From positions 90,160 through 154,159 of the forward strand of contig BDTR01000053.1 of the NCBI GenBank assembly GCA_002897775.1: a stretch of 64,000 nt of DNA. Reading direction: 5' to 3'. This document shows, one piece after another, positions 47,056-56,254 of this stretch; position 1 is the first letter of the stretch, and every line of letters starts with the position of its first letter. Position numbers and translations under genes: made by a program. A model generated the notes under the pieces. It had not been told where the DNA came from, made no database searches, and worked only from the letters and a program-made list of their open reading frames with translations. The DNA comes from a bacterium BMS3Bbin08. Lineage in GTDB: Bacteria > Nitrospirota > Thermodesulfovibrionia > UBA6902 > BMS3Bbin08.

Positions 47056-49044
47056 TACTTCTTTAATTACCGGCAGGGTGATCTTAAAGGTCGTACCCTC
47101 CCCTTTCCGGCTCTCTGCCTTAATGCTTCCCCTGTGGTCCTCGATTATCCGGTACACGATGGACAGACCAAGCCCCATGCCGCCGTCCGGTGATTTGGTC
47201 GTGAAAAAAGGATTATATATATGCTCAAAGTCATGTTCAGAGATACCGCATCCGGTATCCTGGCAGATCACTTCCACATGTTCCCTGTCCTTGCTCAGAG
47301 CGCTCCGCAAGGTTATCACCCCACCATCCCCGTTCTCCCGGCTGTCAATGGCGTCCCTGGCATTGGTTATCAGATTGAGAAATACCTGTTCAAGCTGGTT
47401 CTGATCGCCCATGATCTTCGGCAGACCACTTACAAGAGACTTTTGCACGCGTATATTGTGCACCCTTAACTGTTCACTTAACAGCGACAGGGCGTCCTCT
47501 ATCGGGCTGTTCACGTCCTGTTCCTTTATTTCAAAATCCGATTTCCTGGCAAAAAAACGTACGTGCTGTATGATCCTGTCCATTCTGTCAGCCTGTTCCA
47601 CTATCTTTTCCAGGTCCTTTTTCAGGGGGTCGCCGTTGCCTATATCCATCAGCGCCGCCTGGGCAAAACCCTTGATGCCTGTTAAAGGCTGGTTAAGTTC
47701 ATGTGAAATGCCGGCCGCGAGCTGGCCCATAGCCGCCATCTTGCCCGCCTGTATAAGCTGTTCCTGGGTTGCTTTGAGTTTTTGATAGGCGTCGCTCAAT
47801 TGCCTTTCCGCTTTTTTGAGGTTCGTTATGTCTCTTGCGATCGCACCGGTCCTCACAAGTTCGCCATTTTCGTCTGATTCAATGGTAATGTTCAAAATTA
47901 CGGGCAGAACAGACCCGTCTTTCCGGACAAACTCCCTTTCCACATTCAACAGGTTCGCCTCTTTAACTGACTTCGGGAATATCTTCCTGAAAAGTTTTTT
48001 GGACCCGTCGGTCAGGAAATCAGCGAACGGTCTGCCGATAATTTCTTCTTTTTTGTAACCGAGCATTATTTCCCATGTCCTGTTGCAGTCGGTTATTATT
48101 CCGTCCCTGTCAAGCGTGTGGTACATATCCGGAGCATTGTCATACAGCTTCCGGTATTTTTCTTCTGATCTTATCAGCGCCTTTTCTGTCTGTTTTCGTT
48201 CGGTAATGTCTGTTGCCGTACCGATCATTCTGATCGGATCTCCTTTCAGGTCGCGTATCACTGTTCCTCGTGTAAGGATCCAGCGTACAGAGCCATCCTT
48301 ATGCGCCATGCGGTGCTCAAACATATACTCAGGCATCTTTCCTTCGATGCATGCCTGAGTTGCCTTCATTGCTGATACTCTGTCATCAGGATGCATGTGG
48401 GCTGCCCAGGCATCCTGATCGTTTTGGATCTCCTCCTCCCTGTATCCCAGAAATTCCTTAACAAGCGGGTCAATATAAAATTTGTTGGTGCTCATGTCCC
48501 AGTCCCAGACACCTGTTTTCGCGGCCCTGGTCGACATCCTGTAGCGATCTTCACTCACATACAGGTCTGTCTCCATTTGCCTGCGCCCGGTGATATCACG
48601 GCTTATGAAAATAACGCTGTCTACCTGATCATTCACTTTTATGGGTCCCATGTGTCCCAGATACCACATAACTTCACCTTTAAGGCTCCTGACCGGATAC
48701 TCAACTGTCAGAGGCCCGGCTGTTTCAAAGACCTTCAGCAATGCTGACCTGATCTTTGAGCGGTACTTTTCAGGCATCCAGCTATAAATGGAAGTGCCGA
48801 TCAGTTTATCCATCCGTATACCTTCATATGTCTTGTTCGCGTAAAGGATCGTTCCGACACGATCAAGCTGAACAATATGGTCAGGCGCGCTCTCCATAAA
48901 AGACCTGAATTTCTCCTCGCTTTTCCGCAGTCCCTCCTCCGCGGTCCTGCGCTCGGCGACGGCCTTTTCCAGCCTGGCAAGCTGCTGCCGCATACTGACC
49001 AGTTCACCCATCAGGTATTCTTTTGTCTTGTCCCTGTCTTTCAA
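47020..49044 (-). CDS. Cytoplasmic PAS(x3) histidine kinase
   Basis: Three PAS/PAC domains, SHELNQP, NLITNARDA, PFFTTK, GMGLGL; tail KEVAPLDSAPAVLC. Confidence 0.93.
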   Translation of the reverse strand: MKDRDKTKEYLMGELVSMRQQLARLEKAVAERRTAEEGLRKSEEKFRSFMESAPDHIVQLDRVGTILYANKTYEGIRMDKLIGTSIYSWMPEKYRSKIRSALLKVFETAGPLTVEYPVRSLKGEVMWYLGHMGPIKVNDQVDSVIFISRDITGRRQMETDLYVSEDRYRMSTRAAKTGVWDWDMSTNKFYIDPLVKEFLGYREEEIQNDQDAWAAHMHPDDRVSAMKATQACIEGKMPEYMFEHRMAHKDGSVRWILTRGTVIRDLKGDPIRMIGTATDITERKQTEKALIRSEEKYRKLYDNAPDMYHTLDRDGIITDCNRTWEIMLGYKKEEIIGRPFADFLTDGSKKLFRKIFPKSVKEANLLNVEREFVRKDGSVLPVILNITIESDENGELVRTGAIARDITNLKKAERQLSDAYQKLKATQEQLIQAGKMAAMGQLAAGISHELNQPLTGIKGFAQAALMDIGNGDPLKKDLEKIVEQADRMDRIIQHVRFFARKSDFEIKEQDVNSPIEDALSLLSEQLRVHNIRVQKSLVSGLPKIMGDQNQLEQVFLNLITNARDAIDSRENGDGGVITLRSALSKDREHVEVICQDTGCGISEHDFEHIYNPFFTTKSPDGGMGLGLSIVYRIIEDHRGSIKAESRKGEGTTFKITLPVIKEVAPLDSAPAVLC

Positions 49045-49061
49045 ACCCTGTGCTCCTTTTA

Positions 49062-49141
49062 CCCCGTTGTCCAGATTCGTTTTATAACTCCCGCGTCCAG
49101 TTTTGCTAACACAAAACTGCGGGTGCAGAATCTAACGGGGC
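49062..49141. repeat. Double-GTCC-bulge element, copy 2
   Basis: Core identical to copy 1. Confidence 0.9.
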
Positions 49142-52100
49142 TACTTCTTTATAAACCGGCAGTGTTATCTTAAATGTCACGCCTTTTCCAGGCTGGTTAT
49201 CAACCGTGATAGTTCCCTTATGGTCCTCGATTATCCGGTACACTATGGACAGGCCAAGCCCCATGCCTCCATTGGGAGATTTAGTCGTGAAAAAGGGATT
49301 GAATATATGTTCCTGGTCTTTTTCAGGAACCCCGCCTCCTGTATCACCAAAAACTATCTCCACATTCTGCCTGTCATCTGACGGAAATGTCTTAATGATG
49401 ATCTCCCCTCCATCAGGGTTTTTCAGGCCGTCGATCGCGTCTCTCGCGTTTGTCACGAAATTAAGAAACACCTGCTCAAGCTGGTTCGGGTCACCCAGTA
49501 TCATAGGCAGCCCTTCTGTCAGGGATTTTTTGACCCTTATATTGTGGATCTTTAACTGCTCGCTTAAAAGCGTCAGGGAGTCCTCTATCGGCTCGTTCAC
49601 ATTGAGTTCTTTCATCCTGAATTCGGATTTTCTCGCGAAAAACCGGATATGCCGTATAATGTTATCCATCCTGTCGGCCTGTTCCACTATTTTTTCCATA
49701 TCCCTTTTAAAGGGGCTGTTCTCCTCCAGGTCCATCAGCACAGTCTGGGCAAACCCTTTGACCCCTGTCAGGGGCTGGTTCAGTTCATGCGATATGCCGG
49801 CCGCGAGCTGGCCCATGGCCGCCATCTTGCCTGCCTGGATGAGCTGTTCCTGCGCTTCTTTGATTTTTTTATAAGCGTCATGGAGCTCCCTGTCTGTTCT
49901 CTTGCGCTCGGTGATGTCCTGGACAGTTCCCATCATTCTGACCGGCTTACCATTCCCGTCAAATATAACTTTCCCCTGTTCCTGAACCACGCGTTCTGTG
50001 CCATCTTGCTGAACAACGTGATGCTCGATGCTGTATGTCGCTTTTTTATATAAAGCGTTATTAACAGCCTGCCTGACGTTCTCCCTGTCATCAGGATGGA
50101 TAGAATTCAAAAATGCTTCATACGTAGCACGAACCTGCCGCGGAACAAGGCCAAAAATACGGTATATTTCATCCGACCATCTCAATTCGTTATGAACAAT
50201 ATCCCAGTCCCAATTCCCGATATGAGCGATCTGCTGAGCCTCGGCAAGACTGGTTTCACTCCTCTTGATCTTCTGCTCCGCCTTCTTGCGCTCTGTTATA
50301 TCCCGGAATATGCCATGAAGGAACTTCCTCCCTCCAATTTCCAACAAATTTGCCTTTATTGAAACGTCTTTTAATTTGCCGTCTTTTGTAATAACCTTTG
50401 CGTCAAGGCTTTCTCCTTCTTTCCCCTTAAGGTGCTCTTTGAAAGTCAAGCTGTATTGTCCGTTATTCTCCTCAGGAGGATGGAGGATCTTCTGATGCTG
50501 ACCGATCAGTTCCGCCCTTTCCCTGCCGACAAGTTTGGCCGCCGCGGGATTACAGTCAAGGATCACGCCTGTTGAAGCGTCCGCGATAACCATACCGTCC
50601 AGGGCCTCATTGAACTGTGTTCTGTATTTTTCCTCTGATTCCTTCAGCTTTTCCTCCATCTGTTTCCGTTCAGTGATATCAATGGAATACTCTATCATCT
50701 GGACTACATCACCATTTTTATCGAAAATAGGGTCTCCATGCACCTCCATTATTCTTGGACCGCCTTTGTTGTCATAATGGACATGTTCCAGAGTAACAGG
50801 TCTTCTGGTGCGAAGAACTTCACGCATGGGGCATGCATGCTTACCTTCACAGGGTTTCTCTTCCCCATGCGTTACCTTGTAGCAGCGCGTTCCTTTGGTT
50901 ATGCCCCGCTTTATTGCCGCCTCATTAGCAAGCACTACGGTATGATCCCTGTTTATCACATAAAAAGGGTCATTTAGACCATTTATTACTTTCTCTATAA
51001 ATTGTTTCTGTCTTGTGATCTCCTCCTCTTTTGCTATGCGTTCCGTAACCTCTCTGTTAAGATTGTCTATTGAGGTGGTTTTCTCCTGCAATTTTCTTGT
51101 CATTTCATTAAATGCCCTTGAAAGCTGGCCGATTTCGTCTTTTGCCTGAGTCCCCACCTTATACTCCAGATTTCCCATACCTATTATCTCGGTTCCTTTA
51201 TGCAGTTCATGGACAGGCCTGGTGATCTTTTTTGCAACAAAAGCACCGGTCAGCCAGGCTGTCAATGGAATAAATAACATTAAAATAACGAAGATGGCTT
51301 TTAGCCTTTTCATTGGTGCGAATGCCTCGGATTCCTCGATCTCCGCAAGAAGGACCCAGTCCATTTGCGGTATATATTGATATGTTCCCAGAACCTTTAC
51401 TCCCCTGTAATCAGGAAATATAGCTGCTTTTATTTCATCCGTGAGATTTTTTCCTCTGTTTATCCGGGCTGTTTTAAAATTCCACGAATCTACCTTCTGC
51501 TTTAGAAAAGTATTTTTTTGAAACCTTGAAGGGGTTATCATAAAACCGTCTTTATTCACCAGATAGATCTCGCCTGTTTTACCCAGGCCCGTTCTGTCAG
51601 TGGTGATCTCATCCAGCTTCCCAAGATCGATCTCAGCCGACAGAAAGCCTGAAAATCTTCCTGTTTTGCGGGCTCTGATCAGCGCGGATATATCGATCAC
51701 CCCTTTGTTGTTTCCCGCAATACGGACATCTGTCACATGAATATCTTCTCCTGTTCTTGCGATATCGACATGCACACTTCCGTCCTTCCCGGTATCTCCT
51801 TTACTGGAAGAGGCAATAATTGTCCCTTCGGGGCTTATAGCGAATAAGGTATTGATATATTTGGTTTTTGCATGTTCATGGAGTTTTTTCAGCAGTCCGT
51901 TTAAACTTTCCATTTGTTGTCCTGGACTGAAAAGATCCTGTGTCAGTTCAAGCTCGGACAACATTTGCATGTGACCTTTGTGTTCTTCCAGAAAGGTTTC
52001 TATATGATGCGCTCTTGACTGGGCGGTTGTTTGTAAATGCGCGGATATTGAGTCTTTCAGGGCGCTTTTGGCAGAGATATAAAAACTGGACGTTCCAACA

Positions 52101-52159
52101 AATGTAAGTACCAGCGCTGTTATAAGAAAAGAAAAACTTATTTTATTTGCTATCTTCAT
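49106..52159 (-). CDS. Membrane histidine kinase Cache-HAMP-PAS(x3)-HisKA-HATPase
   Basis: Two TM helices, GLGKTGEIYLVN..PSRF..DYRG Cache motif, HAMP, three PAS, SHELNQP; tail KEVAPLDSAPAVLC. Confidence 0.93.
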   Translation of the reverse strand: MKIANKISFSFLITALVLTFVGTSSFYISAKSALKDSISAHLQTTAQSRAHHIETFLEEHKGHMQMLSELELTQDLFSPGQQMESLNGLLKKLHEHAKTKYINTLFAISPEGTIIASSSKGDTGKDGSVHVDIARTGEDIHVTDVRIAGNNKGVIDISALIRARKTGRFSGFLSAEIDLGKLDEITTDRTGLGKTGEIYLVNKDGFMITPSRFQKNTFLKQKVDSWNFKTARINRGKNLTDEIKAAIFPDYRGVKVLGTYQYIPQMDWVLLAEIEESEAFAPMKRLKAIFVILMLFIPLTAWLTGAFVAKKITRPVHELHKGTEIIGMGNLEYKVGTQAKDEIGQLSRAFNEMTRKLQEKTTSIDNLNREVTERIAKEEEITRQKQFIEKVINGLNDPFYVINRDHTVVLANEAAIKRGITKGTRCYKVTHGEEKPCEGKHACPMREVLRTRRPVTLEHVHYDNKGGPRIMEVHGDPIFDKNGDVVQMIEYSIDITERKQMEEKLKESEEKYRTQFNEALDGMVIADASTGVILDCNPAAAKLVGRERAELIGQHQKILHPPEENNGQYSLTFKEHLKGKEGESLDAKVITKDGKLKDVSIKANLLEIGGRKFLHGIFRDITERKKAEQKIKRSETSLAEAQQIAHIGNWDWDIVHNELRWSDEIYRIFGLVPRQVRATYEAFLNSIHPDDRENVRQAVNNALYKKATYSIEHHVVQQDGTERVVQEQGKVIFDGNGKPVRMMGTVQDITERKRTDRELHDAYKKIKEAQEQLIQAGKMAAMGQLAAGISHELNQPLTGVKGFAQTVLMDLEENSPFKRDMEKIVEQADRMDNIIRHIRFFARKSEFRMKELNVNEPIEDSLTLLSEQLKIHNIRVKKSLTEGLPMILGDPNQLEQVFLNFVTNARDAIDGLKNPDGGEIIIKTFPSDDRQNVEIVFGDTGGGVPEKDQEHIFNPFFTTKSPNGGMGLGLSIVYRIIEDHKGTITVDNQPGKGVTFKITLPVYKEVAPLDSAPAVLC

Positions 52160-52274
52160 TTGTGTTTATCCCATCTGCGATTCTCTTCTCTTTTTGTCTC
52201 GTCCTTCGTCCTTCGTCCCTCATCCATCGTCCTTCGTCTTTTCCTTCTATCTACTCTCTACCCTCTACTTGCCT

Positions 52275-52355
52275 GCCCCGTTGTCCAGATTCGTTTTATA
52301 ACTCCCGCGTCCAGTTTTGCTAACACAAAACTGCGGGTGCAGAATTTAACGGGGC
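52275..52355. repeat. Double-GTCC-bulge element, copy 3
   Basis: One substitution (GAATTT) relative to copy 1. Confidence 0.9.
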
Positions 52356-53501
52356 TACTTCTTTATAAACCGGCAGGAAGATCCTGAACATGGTTCCCCT
52401 GCCGGTCCGGCTTTTAACCTCTATTCTGCCTTTATGGTTCTCAATGATCCGGTACACTATCGATAACCCGAGCCCCATACCCCCGTCCGGTGACTTTGTC
52501 GTGAAAAAAGGATTGAATATGTGCTCCAGCGCCTTTTCTGATATGCCGCACCCTGTGTCTTCAAATGTCAATTCAATGTGTTTTCTGTCTCCGCTGGTCC
52601 CGCTTTTTATCTTTATCTCTCCGCCTTCGGGCCTCTGCAGAATGTCAATGGCGTCCCTTGCATTGGTTATCAGATTAAGAAACACCTGTTCAAGCTGGTT
52701 CGGGTCGCCCAGTACTCCTGGAAGATCTCCGGAAAGAGACTTTTTAACCCGTATATTATGGACCTTTAACTGCTCGCTCAGCAGCATCAGGGCGTCATTG
52801 ACAGGACCGTTCATATCCATTTCCCGCAGGTGAAAATCAGATTTTCTCGCGAAAAACCGGACATGCCGGATTATTCTGTCCATTCTGTCGGCCTGCTCCA
52901 CTATCTTGTTCAGGTCATCTCTTAAAGGGCTGTTTGCTTCCAGGTCCATAAGCGCTGTCTGGGCAAAGCCCTTGATGCCTGTCAGGGGCTGGTTGAGTTC
53001 ATGTGATATGCCGGCGGCAAGCTGGCCCATTGCCGCCATCTTGCCCGCCTGGATAAGCTGTTCCTGGGCCGTCTTGAGTTTTTGATAGGCGCCATGAAGT
53101 TCCCTCTCGGCATTCTTGCGCTCAATAGCATAGTGTATGGCGCGTATCAGCAGACCGCTGTCTATCCGCCCCTTAACCAGATAGTCCTGGGCGCCTTCAT
53201 GCACGGCCCTTATTGCCATTGATTCATCATCCTGACCGCTCAGGATGACTATCGGCACACCCGGCGCGCGGGAATACAGGCGGTTGAAAGTCTCAAGCCC
53301 GTGACTGTCCGGCAGGGAAAGGTCAAGAAGAACAATATCAATATCATCCGGGAATAATGATCTTAATCCTTTTGACAGGCTGTTGACCCGCTTCAGACTA
53401 AAAATATGACTTCCCGGACTATCAAGCATTTCCCCTATCAACCGGGCGTCACCGGAGTTGTCTTCAACAAGAAGCACCTTGATCGGTTTAATGTTTTCCA
53501 T
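52320..53501 (-). CDS. Hybrid kinase REC-HisKA-HATPase
   Basis: Start moved to MENIKP (the ORF-track extension runs through a repeat); SHELNQP; tail KEVAPLNSAPAVLC. Confidence 0.92.
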   Translation of the reverse strand: MENIKPIKVLLVEDNSGDARLIGEMLDSPGSHIFSLKRVNSLSKGLRSLFPDDIDIVLLDLSLPDSHGLETFNRLYSRAPGVPIVILSGQDDESMAIRAVHEGAQDYLVKGRIDSGLLIRAIHYAIERKNAERELHGAYQKLKTAQEQLIQAGKMAAMGQLAAGISHELNQPLTGIKGFAQTALMDLEANSPLRDDLNKIVEQADRMDRIIRHVRFFARKSDFHLREMDMNGPVNDALMLLSEQLKVHNIRVKKSLSGDLPGVLGDPNQLEQVFLNLITNARDAIDILQRPEGGEIKIKSGTSGDRKHIELTFEDTGCGISEKALEHIFNPFFTTKSPDGGMGLGLSIVYRIIENHKGRIEVKSRTGRGTMFRIFLPVYKEVAPLNSAPAVLC

Positions 53502-53560
53502 CTTTTTCCCTCTACAGGCGACTGTAGTATCCTCCATTCCCCATGTGGAAACGTGGGGTA

Positions 53561-53650
53561 TCCCGTTATACGGGATTGTCCAGATTCTTTTAATAACTCC
53601 CACGTCCAGTTTTGCTAACACAAAACTGTGGGTGCAGAATCTAACGGGGC
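53561..53650. repeat. Double-GTCC-bulge element, copy 4 (intergenic)
   Basis: Compensatory change CCCAC/GTGGG; extra TCCCG-TTATA-CGGGA hairpin at the left end. Confidence 0.88.
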
Positions 53651-53711
53651 ACGGTCTTTAGTTATCTTTTACGATTCTCCATTCTCAATTCTCTGTTCAC
53701 GATTTACAGGG

Positions 53712-53987
53712 CTACCTCTTTTCTATCCCTAGCCCTGACAGAACCTTCTCCCTGTCAGACAGGTCTCCTATGATCCTGCGCCCGGGTTTCGGCGATTCCT
53801 TGATCAGTGTCGGTGTGATCATGATATCGACCTTATCCGCCAGCTCCTGATGATCAAGGACATCTATAATGGCTATATCATGCGCGGGCAATTCCTCGCA
53901 AAGGGCCGTCAGGTCTCTGATAGCTGAATCAGACCTCAATGTTTTTCCCGATATATACAATTTAAGAACGATCTTCTCCACAAACAT
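53712..53987 (-). CDS. kaiB: KaiB-like protein
   Basis: LKLYISGKT.RS..AI, IIDVL...ELA, TPTLIK..P.P.RRIIGDLSD.EKVL.GL. Confidence 0.88.
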   Translation of the reverse strand: MFVEKIVLKLYISGKTLRSDSAIRDLTALCEELPAHDIAIIDVLDHQELADKVDIMITPTLIKESPKPGRRIIGDLSDREKVLSGLGIEKR

Positions 53988-54047
53988 ATCCCCCTTTTAT
54001 ATCCGTTAATGAATGTCAGATGTCCTTAAGTAACAGCGACAAAAAAC

Positions 54048-55781
54048 TCATTCCTCTGTTGCCCTCCGCACTTCATCGATCGTGGTAATTCCTTTAAGCG
54101 CTTTCCGCAGTCCATCCTCGAACATGGACCTCATTCCCTGCGACCTGGCCATCTTAATTATTTCATTCTCAGAGGACTTCCCGTCTATCAGTTTCCTGAC
54201 CTCCCTGCTGATGACCAGTATCTCATAAATACCTATCCTTCCCTTGTATCCGATGCCATTGCAATAGTCACAGCCTTCCGACCTGTAATACTTTGCGTCA
54301 GCAGGGAGGTCCAGTTCCTTTAAAAGGCCGCTGTCCGGTCCATACTGCTTTTTGCATCTTGGACATACTCTCCTGATAAGGCGCTGAGCCATTGAACAAT
54401 TCAGCACTGATGCAATTAAACCCGGATCGATCCCTATGTCCATAAGCCTTATTATTGTTCCGGCGGCGTCATTCGTATGAAGAGTGCTGATAACCAGGTG
54501 CCCTGTTAACGCGGACCTTACTGATATCTCCGCGGTTTCATGGTCCCTTATCTCGCCGACGTAGATAATATCCGGGTCCTGGCGCAGTATGGACCTTAAA
54601 GCCGAAGCAAAGGTCACGCCCACTTTGGGGTCTACCTGTCCCTGGACCAGCCCTTCGATCTCATACTCGACCGGGTCCTCAATAGTTATGATGTTCCTGC
54701 TCTCTTTTTGCATGGTATTAATGGCCGAATAGATCGTGGTGGTCTTCCCGCTTCCGGTCGGGCCTGTGATAAGAATTATCCCTTTTTTTGCCTTGACCAT
54801 TTTCCCGAAGGAATCCAGGTCCCTGCCGGACATGCCGAGCTCGGAAAGCGCGGGAACGCCTTTGTTCTTGTCCAGGAGCCTTAAAACAATATTCTCTCCA
54901 AACATGGAAGGAAAGTTGGATGTCCGGACATCGATACGTTTGTCCCTTATATTAAGGCTCATCCTTCCGTCCTGCGGTACCCTTCTCAGGGATATATCCA
55001 TTGCTGACATGATCTTTATCCTGGAAGTGATCGGCGCGATAAATCTGGCCGGTATTTTGTGCCTGTCGTAAAGCAGTCCGTCAATGCGAAAACGCACAGC
55101 CATAAAATTTCTCCTGGGTTCCAGGTGGATGTCGCTTACACCCTCCAGTATCGCCTGGGCGATAAAGCTGTTGACAAGCTGCACCACCGGCGGCTCGGAT
55201 GCCTCCTTTTTAAGGCGTATCTCGGCCACGCCGGTATATTTCGGCTGTTTTTCCCGCTCTGTTTCCTGAAGTTCTTTCGCGAGCTGCTCGATAAGCTCCT
55301 TTCTTGTATTTCCGACGCCGTACCATTGATCAATGGCAACGCCTATGCCCTCAGCGGCAGCAATGACAGGCTCGATCTTCCGATTCGCGACCGCGGATAT
55401 TTCATCAAGCGCGATAATATCCATTGGATCGGATACAGCTACGGTCAGGATATTTTCTATGATAAAAAGAGGTATAACGTTATAGCGGCGCGCGATCTTT
55501 TCAGGTATGTAATCCAGCGTTTCGCGGTCTATGGTGTAATCAGTTATATTCACGTAAGGGATGTGAAATTTTTCTCCTAAAAAACTTATGATCTTTTCTT
55601 TTGTCAAAAGGCCCATTTCAACAAGGACATTGATTAAAGGCTTGTTTTTTTGCTGAGCAATATCCTCCGCGGCCCTGAGCTTCTCCGCGGTGATCAGGTT
55701 ATCAATAACCATGGCCTGTTTAAACCTGTCAAGAGTCCTGCTGTTAACAATATCTCCCTTAGTTGTTATAGGGCTGCACAT
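54048..55781 (-). CDS. PilB/GspE-family secretion ATPase
   Basis: SDIHLEP, RFRIDG, PQDGR, GPTGSGKTT, TIEDPVEY, LRQDPD, GEIRD, TGHLV.STLH, CPRC/CDYC Zn motif; MshEN-like motif degenerate. Confidence 0.93.
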   Translation of the reverse strand: MCSPITTKGDIVNSRTLDRFKQAMVIDNLITAEKLRAAEDIAQQKNKPLINVLVEMGLLTKEKIISFLGEKFHIPYVNITDYTIDRETLDYIPEKIARRYNVIPLFIIENILTVAVSDPMDIIALDEISAVANRKIEPVIAAAEGIGVAIDQWYGVGNTRKELIEQLAKELQETEREKQPKYTGVAEIRLKKEASEPPVVQLVNSFIAQAILEGVSDIHLEPRRNFMAVRFRIDGLLYDRHKIPARFIAPITSRIKIMSAMDISLRRVPQDGRMSLNIRDKRIDVRTSNFPSMFGENIVLRLLDKNKGVPALSELGMSGRDLDSFGKMVKAKKGIILITGPTGSGKTTTIYSAINTMQKESRNIITIEDPVEYEIEGLVQGQVDPKVGVTFASALRSILRQDPDIIYVGEIRDHETAEISVRSALTGHLVISTLHTNDAAGTIIRLMDIGIDPGLIASVLNCSMAQRLIRRVCPRCKKQYGPDSGLLKELDLPADAKYYRSEGCDYCNGIGYKGRIGIYEILVISREVRKLIDGKSSENEIIKMARSQGMRSMFEDGLRKALKGITTIDEVRRATEE

Positions 55782-55850
55782 AAGGTCATACCTCCCTTTG
55801 ATTTATCATCTTGCCCGGCGCCGTATACCGCGGACATCCATCAACCGGGC

Positions 55851-56246
55851 TTACCTGTCCGCTGCTTTCTGCGCGCGGTCACCGAGATGCTTCATGACCA
55901 GCTCAACAAGCGATTCCATGTCAAAAGGTTTTGTAACATACTCATCCGCTCCGGTCTCTTTCCCCAGTTTTACATCCTTTAACTGAGTTCTGGCTGTAAG
56001 CATTATGATCGGAGTATTCCTGTAATTCTCGTCAAATTTGAGCATCCTGGCTATCTTATAACCGTTTATTTTAGGAAGCATAACATCCAGCAGGATCAGG
56101 TCAGGCTTTTCCCTTTTCGCTTTCATTAGAGCGTCCTCTCCGTCAAACGCTGTAAGACAGACAATATCTTCGATCTCAAGCCTGAATTTAATGGATTCCA
56201 CTATATCAGGCTCGTCATCCACAATTAACACTCTTGGCTTTTCCAT
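55851..56246 (-). CDS. Single-domain response regulator
   Basis: VDDE, LLDVMLP, MLTA, YVTKPF. Confidence 0.92.
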   Translation of the reverse strand: MEKPRVLIVDDEPDIVESIKFRLEIEDIVCLTAFDGEDALMKAKREKPDLILLDVMLPKINGYKIARMLKFDENYRNTPIIMLTARTQLKDVKLGKETGADEYVTKPFDMESLVELVMKHLGDRAQKAADR

Positions 56247-56254
56247 GTGACCTC

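Noticed and set aside
48877-52387. Plus-strand ORFs sharing PVVQIRFITPASSFANTKLRVQNLTG
   Set aside because: The shared peptide is simply the palindromic element read on the other strand.
53502-53621. N-terminal extension of ORF 52320..53621
   Set aside because: It is translated from repeat elements; the receiver domain begins at MENIKP (53501).
53712-53987. Circadian clock locus
   Set aside because: No kaiA or kaiC in the window; KaiB alone does not support a clock.
54048-55781. Type IV pilus or type II secretion operon
   Set aside because: No pilin, platform, secretin or prepilin peptidase gene in the window.
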